Shown in pieces: positions 51,092 through 64,000 of a stretch of DNA of 64,000 nucleotides. This DNA comes from an uncultured Acidimicrobiia bacterium (GTDB taxonomy: Bacteria; Actinomycetota; Acidimicrobiia; Acidimicrobiales; AC-14). The notes beneath the pieces are model-generated. The model did no database searches, was not told the DNA's origin, and saw only the letters and a program-made list of their open reading frames with translations. The stretch is taken from positions 64,001 to 128,000 of the forward strand of contig CAWIIV010000012.1 of NCBI GenBank assembly GCA_963836205.1. Direction: 5' to 3'. Every line of letters begins with the position of its first letter. Position 1 is the first letter of the stretch. The position numbers and the translations under genes are program-made.

Positions 51092-52152
51092 GCCTCGATA
51101 CCGCCGCCGCCGCCGGCGGGGCCGGCGGGGCCGGTGCCGGCGAGCCGCTGCTGCAGGTGGACGACCTGCGGGTCCACTTCCACACCGACGGCGGCGTGGT
51201 CAAGGCGGTCGACGGCGTGAGCTGGTCGGTCGGCCGGGGCGAGACGCTGGGCATCGTGGGCGAGTCGGGGTCGGGCAAGTCGGTGTCGGCCCTGGCCGTC
51301 ATGGGCCTGGTGCCCGTCCCGCCCGGGAGGTTCGAGTCGGGGCGGATCGTGTTCGGCGGCCGCGACCTGCTGACCACGGGGGAGAAGGAGCTGCGGGCCA
51401 TCCGGGGCAAGGAGATCTCGATGATCTTCCAGGACCCGCTCACGTCGCTCAACCCCGTCTTCAAGATCGGCCACCAGATCGCGGAGGTCATCCAGGCCCA
51501 CGAGAAGGTGGGTCGGGTGGCGGCCCGGCGGCGGGCGGTGGAGCTGCTGGGCGAGGTCGGCATCCCCAACCCGGCCCAACGGGCCCAGGAGTACCCCCAC
51601 CAGTTCTCGGGCGGGATGCGCCAGCGGGCGCTGATCGCCATGGCTCTGGCCCTCGACCCGGCCGTGCTGCTGGCCGACGAGCCCACGACGGCCCTCGACG
51701 TCACCGTCCAGGCCCAGATCATGGACCTGCTCCTGCGTCTACAGGCGCAGCGGGGCACGGCGGTGGTGCTCATCACCCACGACCTGGGGCTGGTGGCCGG
51801 CCATGCCGACCGGGTGGTGGTGATGTACGCGGGCCGGGTGGCGGAGACGGCCGGCGTCGACGACCTCTACTACCGCCCCCGCCACGCCTACACCCTGGGC
51901 CTGTTGTCGAGCCTGGCCCGGCTCGACCGGCGTCGCTCCGAGCGGCTGCGGCCGATCGTGGGCCAGCCGCCGAGCCTCATCCGGGTGCCGCCGGGATGCG
52001 CGTTCCATCCCCGCTGCCCGTTCGCCACCGACGTCTGCCGCCAGGACCGGCCCGAGCTGTCGGCCCAGGCCGACGCCGGGGCCGGCCACTTCGCCGCCTG
52101 CCACCACGCCGACGAGGTGGCCCAGGCGCCGGCGGCGGTGGTGGCGACGTGA
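51088..52152 (+). CDS. Peptide ABC ATP-binding protein (OppD-like)
   Basis: [36 protein letters not shown]. Confidence 0.92.
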   Translation: MSLDTAAAAGGAGGAGAGEPLLQVDDLRVHFHTDGGVVKAVDGVSWSVGRGETLGIVGESGSGKSVSALAVMGLVPVPPGRFESGRIVFGGRDLLTTGEKELRAIRGKEISMIFQDPLTSLNPVFKIGHQIAEVIQAHEKVGRVAARRRAVELLGEVGIPNPAQRAQEYPHQFSGGMRQRALIAMALALDPAVLLADEPTTALDVTVQAQIMDLLLRLQAQRGTAVVLITHDLGLVAGHADRVVVMYAGRVAETAGVDDLYYRPRHAYTLGLLSSLARLDRRRSERLRPIVGQPPSLIRVPPGCAFHPRCPFATDVCRQDRPELSAQADAGAGHFAACHHADEVAQAPAAVVAT

Positions 52153-53267
52153 GTACCGCCGAGACGGCCGAGACGGTCGTGCCCGCGGCCGCGGCCGAGT
52201 CGGTGGCTGTGCCCGCGCCGGCCGGGGCCGGGGCCGGAAAGGGGGAGGCGGAGGCCACGGGCGGGCCGCTGCTGGAGGTCGTCGACCTGGTCAAGCACTT
52301 CCCCGTCCGGGCCGGGATCGTGTTCAAGCACTCCATCGGGTCGGTGAAGGCGGTCGACGGGGTCTCCTTCGCCATCCGCCGCGGGCAGACGTTCGCGGTG
52401 GTGGGCGAGAGCGGGTGCGGGAAGTCGACCACCGCCCGGGCGATCCTCCGCCTGCTCGAGCCGACCTCGGGGTCGGTGCGCTTCGACGGGGAGGATGTGA
52501 CGGGTGCCGGGCCCAGCCGGATGCGCCACCTGCGGCGGGAGATGCAGATGATCTTCCAGGACCCCTACGCCAGCCTGAATCCGAGGATGACCGTCCGCAC
52601 CATCCTGGGCGAGCCGTTCAAGATCCACGGCCTGCCCGAGGAGGGACGGGTCGACGAGCTGCTGTCGTTGGTGGGCCTCTCGCCCGAGCACGCCCGCCGC
52701 TACCCCCACGAGTTCTCCGGCGGCCAGCGCCAGCGGGTGGGCATCGCCCGGGCCCTCGCCCTCGATCCCAAGCTGGTGGTGTGCGACGAGCCGGTGTCCG
52801 CCCTCGACGTGTCCATCCGGGCCCAGGTCCTCAACCTGCTGGAGGACCTTCAGGACCAGCTCGGGTTGACGTACCTGTTCATCGCCCACGACCTGAGCGT
52901 CGTCCGCCACATCGCCGACGAGGTGGCGGTGATGTACCTGGGCGCCATCGTCGAGGTTGCCGGGCGGGACGAGCTGTTCGAGCAGGCCTCACACCCCTAC
53001 ACCCAGGCCCTCATCTCGTCGGTGCCGGTGCCCGACCCCATCCGGGAGCGCAGCCGCAAGCGGATCCTCGTCACCGGCGACCCGCCCAGCCCGGTCAACC
53101 CGCCGAGCGGGTGCCGGTTCCGGACCCGCTGTCCCAAGTTCGCCGACGAGCTGTCGGAGGGCGAGCGCCAACGGTGCGTCGACGAGCGCCCCGCCCTCGT
53201 GGTGCGGGACGGGAGCGCCGGCCATCCGTCGGCCTGCCACTACGCCGAGGCCCGCAAGCTGGTGTAG
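52149..53267 (+). CDS. Peptide ABC ATP-binding protein (OppF-like)
   Basis: [36 protein letters not shown]. Confidence 0.92.
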   Translation: MSTAETAETVVPAAAAESVAVPAPAGAGAGKGEAEATGGPLLEVVDLVKHFPVRAGIVFKHSIGSVKAVDGVSFAIRRGQTFAVVGESGCGKSTTARAILRLLEPTSGSVRFDGEDVTGAGPSRMRHLRREMQMIFQDPYASLNPRMTVRTILGEPFKIHGLPEEGRVDELLSLVGLSPEHARRYPHEFSGGQRQRVGIARALALDPKLVVCDEPVSALDVSIRAQVLNLLEDLQDQLGLTYLFIAHDLSVVRHIADEVAVMYLGAIVEVAGRDELFEQASHPYTQALISSVPVPDPIRERSRKRILVTGDPPSPVNPPSGCRFRTRCPKFADELSEGERQRCVDERPALVVRDGSAGHPSACHYAEARKLV

Positions 53268-53329
53268 CGGACCGGAGCCGCCCTCCCGCGGCCGTGGCCG
53301 TCTACTGTGCGCCGGGACTCTACGGGAGG

Positions 53330-54666
53330 TCACGACCACGGCCAGCCGCCACATCGGTGTTTCCATCTCGGGGGGCGGGCACCGGGCCAGCCTGTTCGGC
53401 CTGGGCGCACTCATCTACCTTGTCGACGCGGGGAAGGGACCCGAGATCTCCTGCGTCTCGTCGGTGTCGGGCGGCTCCATCACCAACGGCTGGGTGGGAC
53501 TCAAGACCGACCTTTACGTGGCCGCGTCGGGCGACTTCCGCTCCGACATCGCCCCGCTGGCCAGGGCGGTCTCCACCGGGGGCACCCTGTGGCGGGCCCC
53601 GCTGACCTGGGCCTATCTGATCCTGATGGGCGCGATCCTGGCGTTGGCAACGGTGCTGTGCTTCCCCCTCGAGGGGGTGGCGGCACTGGCGGTGTGGCTG
53701 GTGGCGTTGGTGGTGGTCGGGTGGCTGGCCCGGCAGCGGGCGCTGGTGGCGGCCCACGCCTTCGACCAGGTTCTGTTCCACGGCGCCGAGCTGGGCCGGC
53801 TGAACCCCAACACCGACCACGTCATCTGCGCCTGCGATCTCCAGTCGGCGGAGGACGTGTACTTCTCCGGACGCTTTGTCCACTCCTACCGGCTGGGCTG
53901 GGGCGTGCCGGGCGACCTGCGCCTGTCGCGGGCCGTCCAGGCCTCGGCCTGCCTGCCGGGTGCCTTCGCCCCGGTGGTGCTGCCGATCGAGCGCCACCGC
54001 TTCTCGCTGGCGGGGGCGGGCGACGAGCCGCTCACCCGCATGCTCCTCACCGACGGCGGCGTCTACGACAACATGGCCACCGAGTGGCCGCTCAACCTGC
54101 GCAGCCGGGCCCGCTCGGGCGCGGCACCCGAGCCGCCGCCCCACGAGGTCGACGAGGTGGTGGTGGTGAACGGCTCGGCCGGTGGCGACGTGACCACTCG
54201 CAGGTCGGTCACCGTGCCCGTGCTGGGCGAGATCACGTCGCTGCTGGCGGTGAAGGACGTCCTGTACGACCAGACCACGGCCGTGCGCCGGCGCCTGCTC
54301 GACGTCCGCTACCGGGCCACCCGGGCCGGGATTCGCGACGACAACGTCCGTCTCGCGGGGGGGACGGTGCAGATCGACCGCTCGCCGTACGAACTGCCCC
54401 GCACCTTCCTCTCCGGGGGCGACGACCTCGCCCGGCGGGCGAAGGCGGCCCTCGAGCGGCTCACCCCTGGCGAGGAGGCGGCGTGGGCCGCCGACGCCGA
54501 TGCCAACCGGCGGGTCAAGACAGCCCTTTCCAAGATCCCGGCCGACCGGGCCGCCCGCATCCTGCGCCAGGCCTACGTGCTGACCATGGTGAACATGCAC
54601 GTGCTCCGGGATTACCCGCTGCTGCCCATCCCGGCCGTCGCCGAGTTCGAGAAACTGGTGGTGTGA
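53330..54666 (+). CDS. Patatin/cPLA2-like phospholipase with two TM helices (start uncertain)
   Basis: SGGGHRASLF oxyanion motif, SSVSGGS nucleophile, ASACLPGAF, DGGVYDN. Confidence 0.85.
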
Positions 54667-57616
54667 GCCCGGCCGACGCCGACAGGGATGTCGCCCGGGT
54701 GCTGGCGGGGGTGCTGGCGGCCGGAGGCTTGGGGGTCGACGACGTGTCCGGGGCCGTGGCTGGCGGCCTGCTGGAGGAGGAGATCGGAGTGTCGTCGCGC
54801 TGGATGCCGGGTGAGCTCGGCGGCGACGACCCGACCGGCGTCTACGTGTTCGAGGCCATGCGCCCGGTCGCCCGGTGGACGACCCCGTCCGACGAGCTGG
54901 TGGCCGAGGTGGCCGTGAGGATCGGCGCGGCGAGTGGCCGGCGGTTGGTCAGCCCGGCCCGGGGAGGATGGGGCCGTCCCGTCCTGCGGCTGGCGGTCGG
55001 TGGCCTCGACGACGCGGCCGCGCTTCGTCGCATGGGTTCGGTGGCCGGCCTCCGCCTCGTCCCCCATGTGATGCGGACGGCGCACCGGGTCTCGTGGCGG
55101 TGGCCGCTGCGGGTCGGTGTCCTTGCCGGGCCGAAGGCGACGGAGCACGTCAGCCAGATCACCGGGCACCACGACAACCTCTTCTCCGTAACGATCGTGG
55201 AGCCGTCGTCGGCACCGGTCGAGCTCGAGATCCTCGTCCTTCCCGACGCCGCCGCCGAGGTGCCGGACGGGGTGTGGGCGGCCTGCGTGCTCGTGTCGGG
55301 GGGCGGGGGCGGCGAGGTCGTCCAGCAGGTCGAACGGTTGGACCCGGCCGCGATCGTGATCGCCCAGTCGAGCGACCTGGCCTGGTTCCGCTACCTGATC
55401 GCGGAGCTGTCCCACGACGAGCCCATCGACGTGGCCGTCACCGTGGGCTGCCCGGACGACGTCGTGGTCGTCGCCGACCAGTCCCTCCTCTCCTTGACCA
55501 TGCCGCGGTTCTGGGCCCTGCGATGGATCGAGGAGCTCGACCGACTCGACCCGTCCACCATGGTCGGCGGCACGCCCGTCGGGACCATCGTCGAGGAGAT
55601 GCGGACCCTCGTCGCCGGCGGCAGCTTCCGCTTCGAGAGCGACTCGTCCACCGAATTGTCCGACAAGGTCAGACGGGTGGACCCGGACGGGGTCGGCGAG
55701 CTGACGATCGTTCGCCACCGAGTCGCCATGGCCGAGGCCCTGCCGCCGGACGAGGGGTCCAGCGGGGACGAAGCGACGGCCAACGGCGGCGGTCCCCCGG
55801 CCGGCGAAGGCGACGCCATGGCCGACGGCGGTGATGCGTGGGTCGGCGAGGGCGGCGGTGCCCCACCGGGCGGCGGCGCCCCACCGGGAGGGGGCGCCCC
55901 ACCGGGAGGCGGTGCGCCGGGCGGCGGCGCCCCACCGGGAGAGCGGCGCGCCACCGGGAGGCGGTGCGCCACCGGGAGGCGGCAGGCCGGGCGAGGAGGT
56001 CGATCGGGGCGTCCTCCCGGGCAGCGCCGAAGGCGGCGGCGCCGGCCCGGTGGAGGCCCCGGCACCCGACACCCGCCGGGTGCAGACCCAGTTCGTCGAT
56101 CCCGGCACGAAGAAACCGGTGCCCGACCGGTTCGTGGCCGGTGCCGTCCACCACCTGCGGGTCCGGATCGCAGCCAGGTTGGCGGAGGAGGCGGTGGGGG
56201 CCGACGCACCGTTCGTCAACCCCACGCCGGGACGGGAGGCCGAGCTGCTCGTGGAGGTCATCGCCGGCGACACCCACGCCCGGCGCCAGCTCACCCTCCC
56301 CGCCATCGGCGACTCCAAGTGGACCAGGGTCGTCCCCTTCGTAGTCCCCGCCGACGCGTCCGAGTTCGAGGTGATCGTCCAGATCTGGTTCGCAGGACGG
56401 GTGGTGCAGAGCCTCGTCCTGTCCGGACCGGTCGGCGGGGCCGGGGGCCTCCACCTGAGCGTCGACGCCTCCACCCCCGCGGCCGATGTCCACGACATGA
56501 GCCCGGCCGGCGCCTCCTTCACGATCGTGCCCGGACTCGGGGGCGAGCCCCGGCTCTTCGACCTGGCCCAGGCCAACCTGATCACCTCGGCCGGCATAGC
56601 CCGGGCCGTGGCCGAGGTCCGGTCGGCGCTGCTGGCGGCCTTCCTCGACCCCCCGACCTCGCTGGAAGGCGGCGGCGGGCGTGCTCATCGAGCTGGCCCT
56701 GAGCGGCAGGGATCTCTACCTCCAGCTGCAGGCGGCCACCTACGACGACGCCGAGTGGATCCACGTGTCGTCGTTCGGCGGTGCCGACCTGCCGGTGGAG
56801 CTCGTCTACACCCACCTCGCCCCCGACGATGCCACCGTCCCGGTGTGCCGGCCGGCTCTCGCGGGGGCGTTGGAGTGCGCCGACGACTGTCCCGACAAGG
56901 GCAACTCCGACTGCGTTTGCCCGTTCGGTTTCTGGGCCACCAGCAAGGTGATCGAACGGCGGGCCCACACCGACGGACGCACGAGCCCCACGGCCGGCGC
57001 CCAGCGGTCGGTCCCGATCCTGACCCTGGGTGCGGCCGGGGTGTCGGTGAAGGCCGACGAGGTCGACCCGACGTCGAGCTCTCGCATCCTGACTGCGGTG
57101 GAGTCGGCGGTGGCGGCCGGCGGGTTCCACCGGGTCACGACGTGGGCCGACCTGAAACCGCTGGCCAAGCTCCCGGCCCAGTTGCTCGTCCTCATCACCC
57201 ACACCGTCCCCGGCAACCCGCCGCAGCTCCAGCTCGGAACCGACATCCGTGGCCTTCGCTTCATCGACACGAACTACGTGAACCTGGGGACGCCCCGCGT
57301 CCCGGGGCCGGTGGTGCTGGCCATCGGCTGTGACACCGAGGCCCTGGAGGCGGGTTTCTCCGACTACCCGGGACGGCTGATCGGGGCGGGGGCGGAGGTG
57401 GTGGTGACCGCCATCTCGCCGGTTCCGGGCAAGACGGTGGCCGACTTCGTGGTCCGGTTCTTCGAGGCCCTGCCCGGGTACCTGGCCGCGCCGGGCATCC
57501 ACCGCTTCGGTGAGGTGCTCACCGCCATCCGTCAGCGGACGATCGCCCAGGGCGACGTGCTCGGCCTCGCCCTGGTCGCCGCAGGTGACGCCGACGTCGC
57601 CCTGGTGGGGACCTAA
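54663..57616 (+). CDS. Large multidomain protein with C-terminal CHAT (caspase-clan) protease domain (frameshifts near 55942 and 56670)
   Basis: Three consecutive ORF pieces. C-terminus has LPVELVY, CPFGFW, LVLITH (His), VVLAIGCDT (Cys), GAEVVVT...FF..L. Confidence 0.7.
55851..55983 (+). repeat. About 7 copies of an 18-bp coding tandem repeat (GGGAPP)
   Basis: GGNGGNGGNGCNCCACCG units, one shortened and one with an indel. Confidence 0.85.
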
Positions 57617-57622
57617 CGCCCG

Positions 57623-58696
57623 GTGCTCACCGTCGAACTGCTGCCGGCCGGCTACGGCGACGCCGTCCTCGTCACCTACGGCGACCCGGCCACGCCCCAC
57701 CGCCTGCTCGTCGATGGCGGCCAGTCGGGCAGCTTCCCCGCCGTGGCCGCCCGCCTGCGCTCCTTCAACGGGCCCATCGACCTGCTGGTGGTCACCCACG
57801 TCGACACCGATCACGTCGGAGGTGCGGTCCGGCTCCTCGACTCGGGCGCGCTGGCCGCCCGCTTCGGCGGCATCTGGTTCAACGGCTACGTCCACCTCGA
57901 CCGCTTCTCGGGCCTGCTCGGGCCCATCCACGGCGAGCGCCTGACGGACCGGATCGTCAAGCTGGGCCTGCCGTGGAACGAGGGCTGGCCCGATCCGATG
58001 CAGGACGGGATCGGCGGGCCGGTCGTGGTGCGCGACGTCCCCCCGGTGATGGAATTGCCGGGCGGGGCCACCGCCACCGTCCTGTCCCCGACACCCCAGA
58101 AGCTGGCCAGGCTGCTGCGAGTGTGGAAGGAGGTGGTGGAGGCGGCCGGCCTGCGCCCCCGGGTGAAGGCCACCGAGGAGGCGGAGCCGGCGGTGGTGGC
58201 GCCCGGCCTCCTCGGCGGGGTGAGCCTGGCCGACCTGGCCCGACTCCCCACCGGCGCCGACACCGCCGAGGCCAACGGGTCGAGCATCGCCTTCATCTTC
58301 GAGTTCGAGGGGGTCCGGGTCCTCCTCGGGGCCGACGCCCACCCCGACGCCCTCCTCGCCGGGCTCGCCCACCTGGCCGCCGCCGACGGGAAGGTCCGCC
58401 TCGACGCCTGCAAGCTGCCCCACCACGGGAGCAAGGGCAACGTCACCAAGGCCCTGGTCGAGGCCCTCGACTGCCCCCTGTGGTTGGTGTCCACCAACGG
58501 TCGCCGCTTCCACCACCCCGACGACGTCGCCCTGGCCCGGGTGATCTCCGGCGGGCCCGACCGGCGCCTGGTGTGGAACTACCGCAGTGACCGTTTCCAG
58601 GCCTTCACCGCCGACTACCCGCCGGCCACGTCGGGCTACTCGGTCGAGGTCCCCGACGACGGGGTCGAGGGGATCACCGTCCGTCTGGCCGACTGA
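57623..58696 (+). CDS. ComEC/Avs1a-like metallo-beta-lactamase-fold hydrolase
   Basis: [46 protein letters not shown]. Confidence 0.88.
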   Translation: MLTVELLPAGYGDAVLVTYGDPATPHRLLVDGGQSGSFPAVAARLRSFNGPIDLLVVTHVDTDHVGGAVRLLDSGALAARFGGIWFNGYVHLDRFSGLLGPIHGERLTDRIVKLGLPWNEGWPDPMQDGIGGPVVVRDVPPVMELPGGATATVLSPTPQKLARLLRVWKEVVEAAGLRPRVKATEEAEPAVVAPGLLGGVSLADLARLPTGADTAEANGSSIAFIFEFEGVRVLLGADAHPDALLAGLAHLAAADGKVRLDACKLPHHGSKGNVTKALVEALDCPLWLVSTNGRRFHHPDDVALARVISGGPDRRLVWNYRSDRFQAFTADYPPATSGYSVEVPDDGVEGITVRLAD

Positions 58697-58806
58697 ACCG
58701 CGCTTTTCCCGGACCGGTCGAATCGGGACGGGCGATGTCGTAGAATGGTTGGCGGTCCGCCCCGTGTTCGCGGCCAGGCGTACCACCATTCGAAAGGCTT
58801 CTTCTC

Positions 58807-60633
<1,827 letters not shown>

Positions 60634-60716
60634 AGCAGAGCGACCGCAACCGGTGACGTTTTTGGTGCCCCTGAGCCCCGAACGTGTCACCAGTTCGAGA
60701 TGGGCGACCGGGCGAC

Positions 60717-61367
60717 TCAGACCCGTCCGGCCCCGGTCTTGAGCGCCCGCCAGGTGTTCCGGCCGACGAACCCGTCGACATCGAGTCCGCGGGATGCCTG
60801 GTAGGCCCGCACCGCCCCGTCGGTGGCCGAGCCGAAGACCCGGAAGTCGTCGCCGGGCTGTTCGAAGCCGGCCCGGTCGAGGAGCTCCTGGAGGTGGCCG
60901 ACGGCCTCGCCCGTCGAACCCAGGAACAGCATGGGCTCCTCCTGGCCGACAGGGGTGACGGGGGTTTTGGTCACGGGTGACGTGGAAACGGTCTCGTCGA
61001 CCGACTGGCACGCGGGACGGACCGCGGCCACGAACTGCCGGTAGGCGCCCGAGGAGAAGATCGACCAGGGGCTGAACGACCGGCCGTGGCCGCTGATCTC
61101 CCAACCCGCCTCCGCGTTGTGGCCGGGATCGCGATTGGCCAGCTCGTCCCGGACGCCGTCCGTGCCCTTCTCCGTCCGGAGAGAGCGGATCTGGAGCAGG
61201 CCCACGCTCGGGCCCCATGTCTCGTCCTGGAGGCCCGTGTCGCCCACCGCATCGGCGTCGAACCCGCTCTCGCCCTTGGCGATGGCCACGATCGTCACCA
61301 GCGCTTCTCCGCTGAACCCCGCCTTGTGGCAGAAACCGGCGACGTCCTCCGCCGACAGCACGCTCAT
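60717..61367 (-). CDS. Transglycosylase SLT-like + peptidoglycan-binding domain protein
   Basis: AIAKGESG, GLLQI, FSPWS, FGSATDGAVRAYQASRGLDVDG.VG. Confidence 0.85.
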   Translation of the reverse strand: MSVLSAEDVAGFCHKAGFSGEALVTIVAIAKGESGFDADAVGDTGLQDETWGPSVGLLQIRSLRTEKGTDGVRDELANRDPGHNAEAGWEISGHGRSFSPWSIFSSGAYRQFVAAVRPACQSVDETVSTSPVTKTPVTPVGQEEPMLFLGSTGEAVGHLQELLDRAGFEQPGDDFRVFGSATDGAVRAYQASRGLDVDGFVGRNTWRALKTGAGRV

Positions 61368-61527
61368 CTCGTCCTCCCCCGATCGCGTTGGGCGATTCGC
61401 GTCGGCCGCCTGGCGAAGGGGAGTCCGCCGTCTCACCTCCGCCAGGGCGGCCGTACATCAAGGAAGAGTCGGACGGGCGGGCCCTGATACATCCCCCCGC
61501 CGAGAAACCCGGCCCGGGGAGTGTTGC

Positions 61528-62820
61528 CTACCTGCGGCGGCGGCGGGCGCCCATGGTCCGCAAGGTGCGGGTGCGGGCCTGGGTGGCGGTGATCGTCGAG
61601 CCGCCGGAGTCGCCGTCGCCGGCGCCGTCGGTGCCCGTGGCCTCGTCGGGCATGGGCGCCCACTCGGGGGACAGCAGCTCGGACAGGCGGGCGTCGTTGG
61701 AGAACAGCTCGACGACCGGCTGGCGGATGCCGAGGCGGCGGCGCATGCGCTCGCTCTCCAGCTGCTGGTCCCAGAGGAGGAGGCTGACGGCCACGCCGGT
61801 GGCGCCCGCCCGGGCGGTGCGGCCCGAGCGGTGGATGTAGGCGGTGTGGTCCTCGGGCGGGTCGTAGTGCACGACCACCTCGATGCCGTCGACGTCGAGC
61901 CCGCGGGCGGCCACATCGGTTGCGACCAGCACGCCGAGCCCGTCCTCCCGGAAGTCGCGGAGGGCGCGCAGGCGGGCGTTCTGGGCCAGGTCGCCGTGGA
62001 GCACGCCGGCCTTGACACCCTCCCGCCGCAGCTGGAGCTCGAGGCGGTCGGCGCCCCGCTTGGTGCGGCAGAAGAAGAGCGTGCGGCCGGCGCCCTTGGC
62101 GATGGCGGCCGCCACCTTCACCTTGTCGAGCTCGTGGACCTTGAGGAAGCGGTGCTCCATCTGCTCCACCGTCGGCTGCACCGACTCGACTTCATGGCGG
62201 ACCGGGTCGTTGGTGTAGCTGCGCACCAGGCGGTCGATCTCGGAGTCGAGGGTGGCGGAGAAGAGCATGGTCTGGTGCTCGGAGGCGATGCGGTCGAGCA
62301 GCCACACCACCTGGGGCATGAAGCCCATGTCGGCCATTCGGTCGGCCTCGTCGAGGACGAGAACCCGCACGTCGGCCACCGACACGTCGCCCCGCTGGCA
62401 GAGGTCGATGAGGCGGCCGGGGGTGGCGACGACGACGTCGTGGCCCTTGCGGACGGCCTTGATCTGGCGGTCCATCGGGGTGCCCCCGAACACGGCCGTC
62501 ACCGAGCGGTCGGCGGCGTGGCCCAGGGGGATGAGGACGTCGCGCACCTGCACCGCCAGCTCCCGGGTGGGGACGAGGATGAGGCCCGTGGGCCGGCCCG
62601 GCTTGGCCTTGGGGACGGTCATGAGGAGGGGGAGGCCGAAGGCCAGGGTCTTGCCCGACCCGGTCTTGGCCTTGCCGCACACGTCGCGGCCGGTGAGGGC
62701 GTCGGCGATGGTGAGGGCCTGGATGGGCAGGGGAGTGGTGATGCCGGCCGTCTGGAGGGCGGTGACGAGACGGGGCGACACCCCCAGCCCAGCGAACGTG
62801 GGCGCGTCGGAGGTGCTCAT
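61528..62820 (-). CDS. DEAD-box RNA helicase
   Basis: AKTGSGKT, PTRELA, TPGR, DEAD, SAT, ARGLD, HRSGRTAR. ATG at 62820. Confidence 0.95.
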   Translation of the reverse strand: MSTSDAPTFAGLGVSPRLVTALQTAGITTPLPIQALTIADALTGRDVCGKAKTGSGKTLAFGLPLLMTVPKAKPGRPTGLILVPTRELAVQVRDVLIPLGHAADRSVTAVFGGTPMDRQIKAVRKGHDVVVATPGRLIDLCQRGDVSVADVRVLVLDEADRMADMGFMPQVVWLLDRIASEHQTMLFSATLDSEIDRLVRSYTNDPVRHEVESVQPTVEQMEHRFLKVHELDKVKVAAAIAKGAGRTLFFCRTKRGADRLELQLRREGVKAGVLHGDLAQNARLRALRDFREDGLGVLVATDVAARGLDVDGIEVVVHYDPPEDHTAYIHRSGRTARAGATGVAVSLLLWDQQLESERMRRRLGIRQPVVELFSNDARLSELLSPEWAPMPDEATGTDGAGDGDSGGSTITATQARTRTLRTMGARRRRR

Positions 62821-63025
62821 GGGGTGCGTGGGTGCTCCTGTTCGATGTCTAGGACGGTGGGTCGTCCCGGCATCGCTGGGGACCGCAGGCGGCGGCCAGC
62901 AGGAGGAAGGATGACCCCGGACACGACCCACTAGGCCGCATCCGCCTCCCAGTGTAGCTGGCACCGCCACCCAAGGTGCCCATCCCGATGTGAGTTTCCT
63001 CACGCGAAGTGGTAAGCACCATGGC

Positions 63026-63871
63026 GTGAGGCGAGTGACCGGTGTCCTCGGCCTGGCGGGGGCCCTCGTTCTATCCGTGCTGCTGGTGGTCCCGACGGGG
63101 GCAGGTGCGTTCACCCCACCCGCCAACCGGTGGGCCCTGCTGATCGGTGTCGACCAGCACCAGGGAGGCACCCGTTCCAACTTCGGGGGCAAGGCCGACG
63201 TCGCCGACATGCGGGAGGCGCTGATCCGCAACGGGTTCCCGGCCGACCACATCCGGACGCTCACCGACGGAGGGGCCAAGGCGGCCGACGTCCGGGCCGG
63301 GCTGGCGTGGCTGGTGGCCAACAGCAACCCGAGCACCTTCTCCGTGTTCTCGTTCTCCGGCCACGTCCTGCAGCGGGGGACCACCGAGTACCTGTGGCCC
63401 AGCGACAACGCCCACATCCCCGACACCGAGCTGGCGGCGTCGTTCAAGGCCATCCAGGGGCGGGCGTGGATCAACATCGCCGGCTGCGAGGCGGCCGGCT
63501 TCGACGAGGGGGTGGCTGGGCCCACCCGCCTGTTCACGGCCGCGTCACAGGCCAACGAGAAGGGCTACGAGCTGCCGTCGGCCAACGCGTCGGTGTTCTC
63601 CATGTACATGGTGCGCCGGGGGATGCTCTCGGGGGAGGCCGACTTCAACCGCGACGGTCGGGTGTCGGTGCAGGAGGGCTTCCGCCTGGCTGCGGAGAAG
63701 GCGCCCGCGTTCACCGCCACCCAGGCCCAGGGTCCGCAGCACCCCTACATCGCCGGCGGCTTCGGCGAGCTCTTCCTCGACGATCCGTTCCCGGTAGGCC
63801 CTCCCGTCGCGCCCGGAGCTCCCGCGGCACCGGCCCAGATCTGCTTCCTGATCTTCTGTCGCCCGGCGTAG
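63026..63871 (+). CDS. Secreted caspase-family (C14/CD clan) peptidase
   Basis: Signal peptide, WALLIG, FSFSGH (His), IAGCEAAGF (Cys), ADFNRDGRVSVQE. Confidence 0.8.
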   Translation: MRRVTGVLGLAGALVLSVLLVVPTGAGAFTPPANRWALLIGVDQHQGGTRSNFGGKADVADMREALIRNGFPADHIRTLTDGGAKAADVRAGLAWLVANSNPSTFSVFSFSGHVLQRGTTEYLWPSDNAHIPDTELAASFKAIQGRAWINIAGCEAAGFDEGVAGPTRLFTAASQANEKGYELPSANASVFSMYMVRRGMLSGEADFNRDGRVSVQEGFRLAAEKAPAFTATQAQGPQHPYIAGGFGELFLDDPFPVGPPVAPGAPAAPAQICFLIFCRPA

Positions 63872-64000
63872 GGGACGCCGTCGGCGGCTGGTGCCGCGGC
63901 GCCGCCGGTCGGGCCGGTACCATCTACCCGAGGTCGGCGGATCGGATCGGACGCACTTCGTCGGGGGGACGCATGGCGACTTTCGACGGCGGGTGGTCGG

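Overview
High-GC actinobacterial DNA (Acidimicrobiia-like, inferred from composition and gene content). Positions 1-~40,250 are the right-hand part of a large integrative conjugative element (ICE). It ends in a 49-bp 3' fragment of tRNA-Arg(UCU), an att site with tandem arm-type repeats beside it. Its integrase and relaxase are not in this window. From left to right the ICE carries: an XseA + ATP-dependent ligase pair, with a PafBC-type promoter before xseA; a defence cluster (BglII/BstYI-like REase, MT-A70 MTase, stand-alone RAMA protein, McrBC); a Tad/Flp pilus operon running into a PDZ-Lon-like protease; three excisionase-like HTH proteins; a Gram-positive T4SS (VirD4, VirB4, SCO6880/PrgI-like, VirB6-like, pilin-like, CHAP hydrolase); an SSB/prim-pol module; a terpene synthase + P450 pair; and a KAP NTPase-receiver-TIR fusion. 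Right of the att site lie chromosomal genes: an S1 protease, sugar and peptide ABC transporters, a tightly coupled patatin-CHAT protease-MBL hydrolase operon (best candidate for an undescribed defence/cell-death system), typA, a lytic transglycosylase, a DEAD-box helicase and a secreted caspase-family protein. Many genes carry small frameshifts, probably long-read errors. All product calls are from motif recognition, not database searches.
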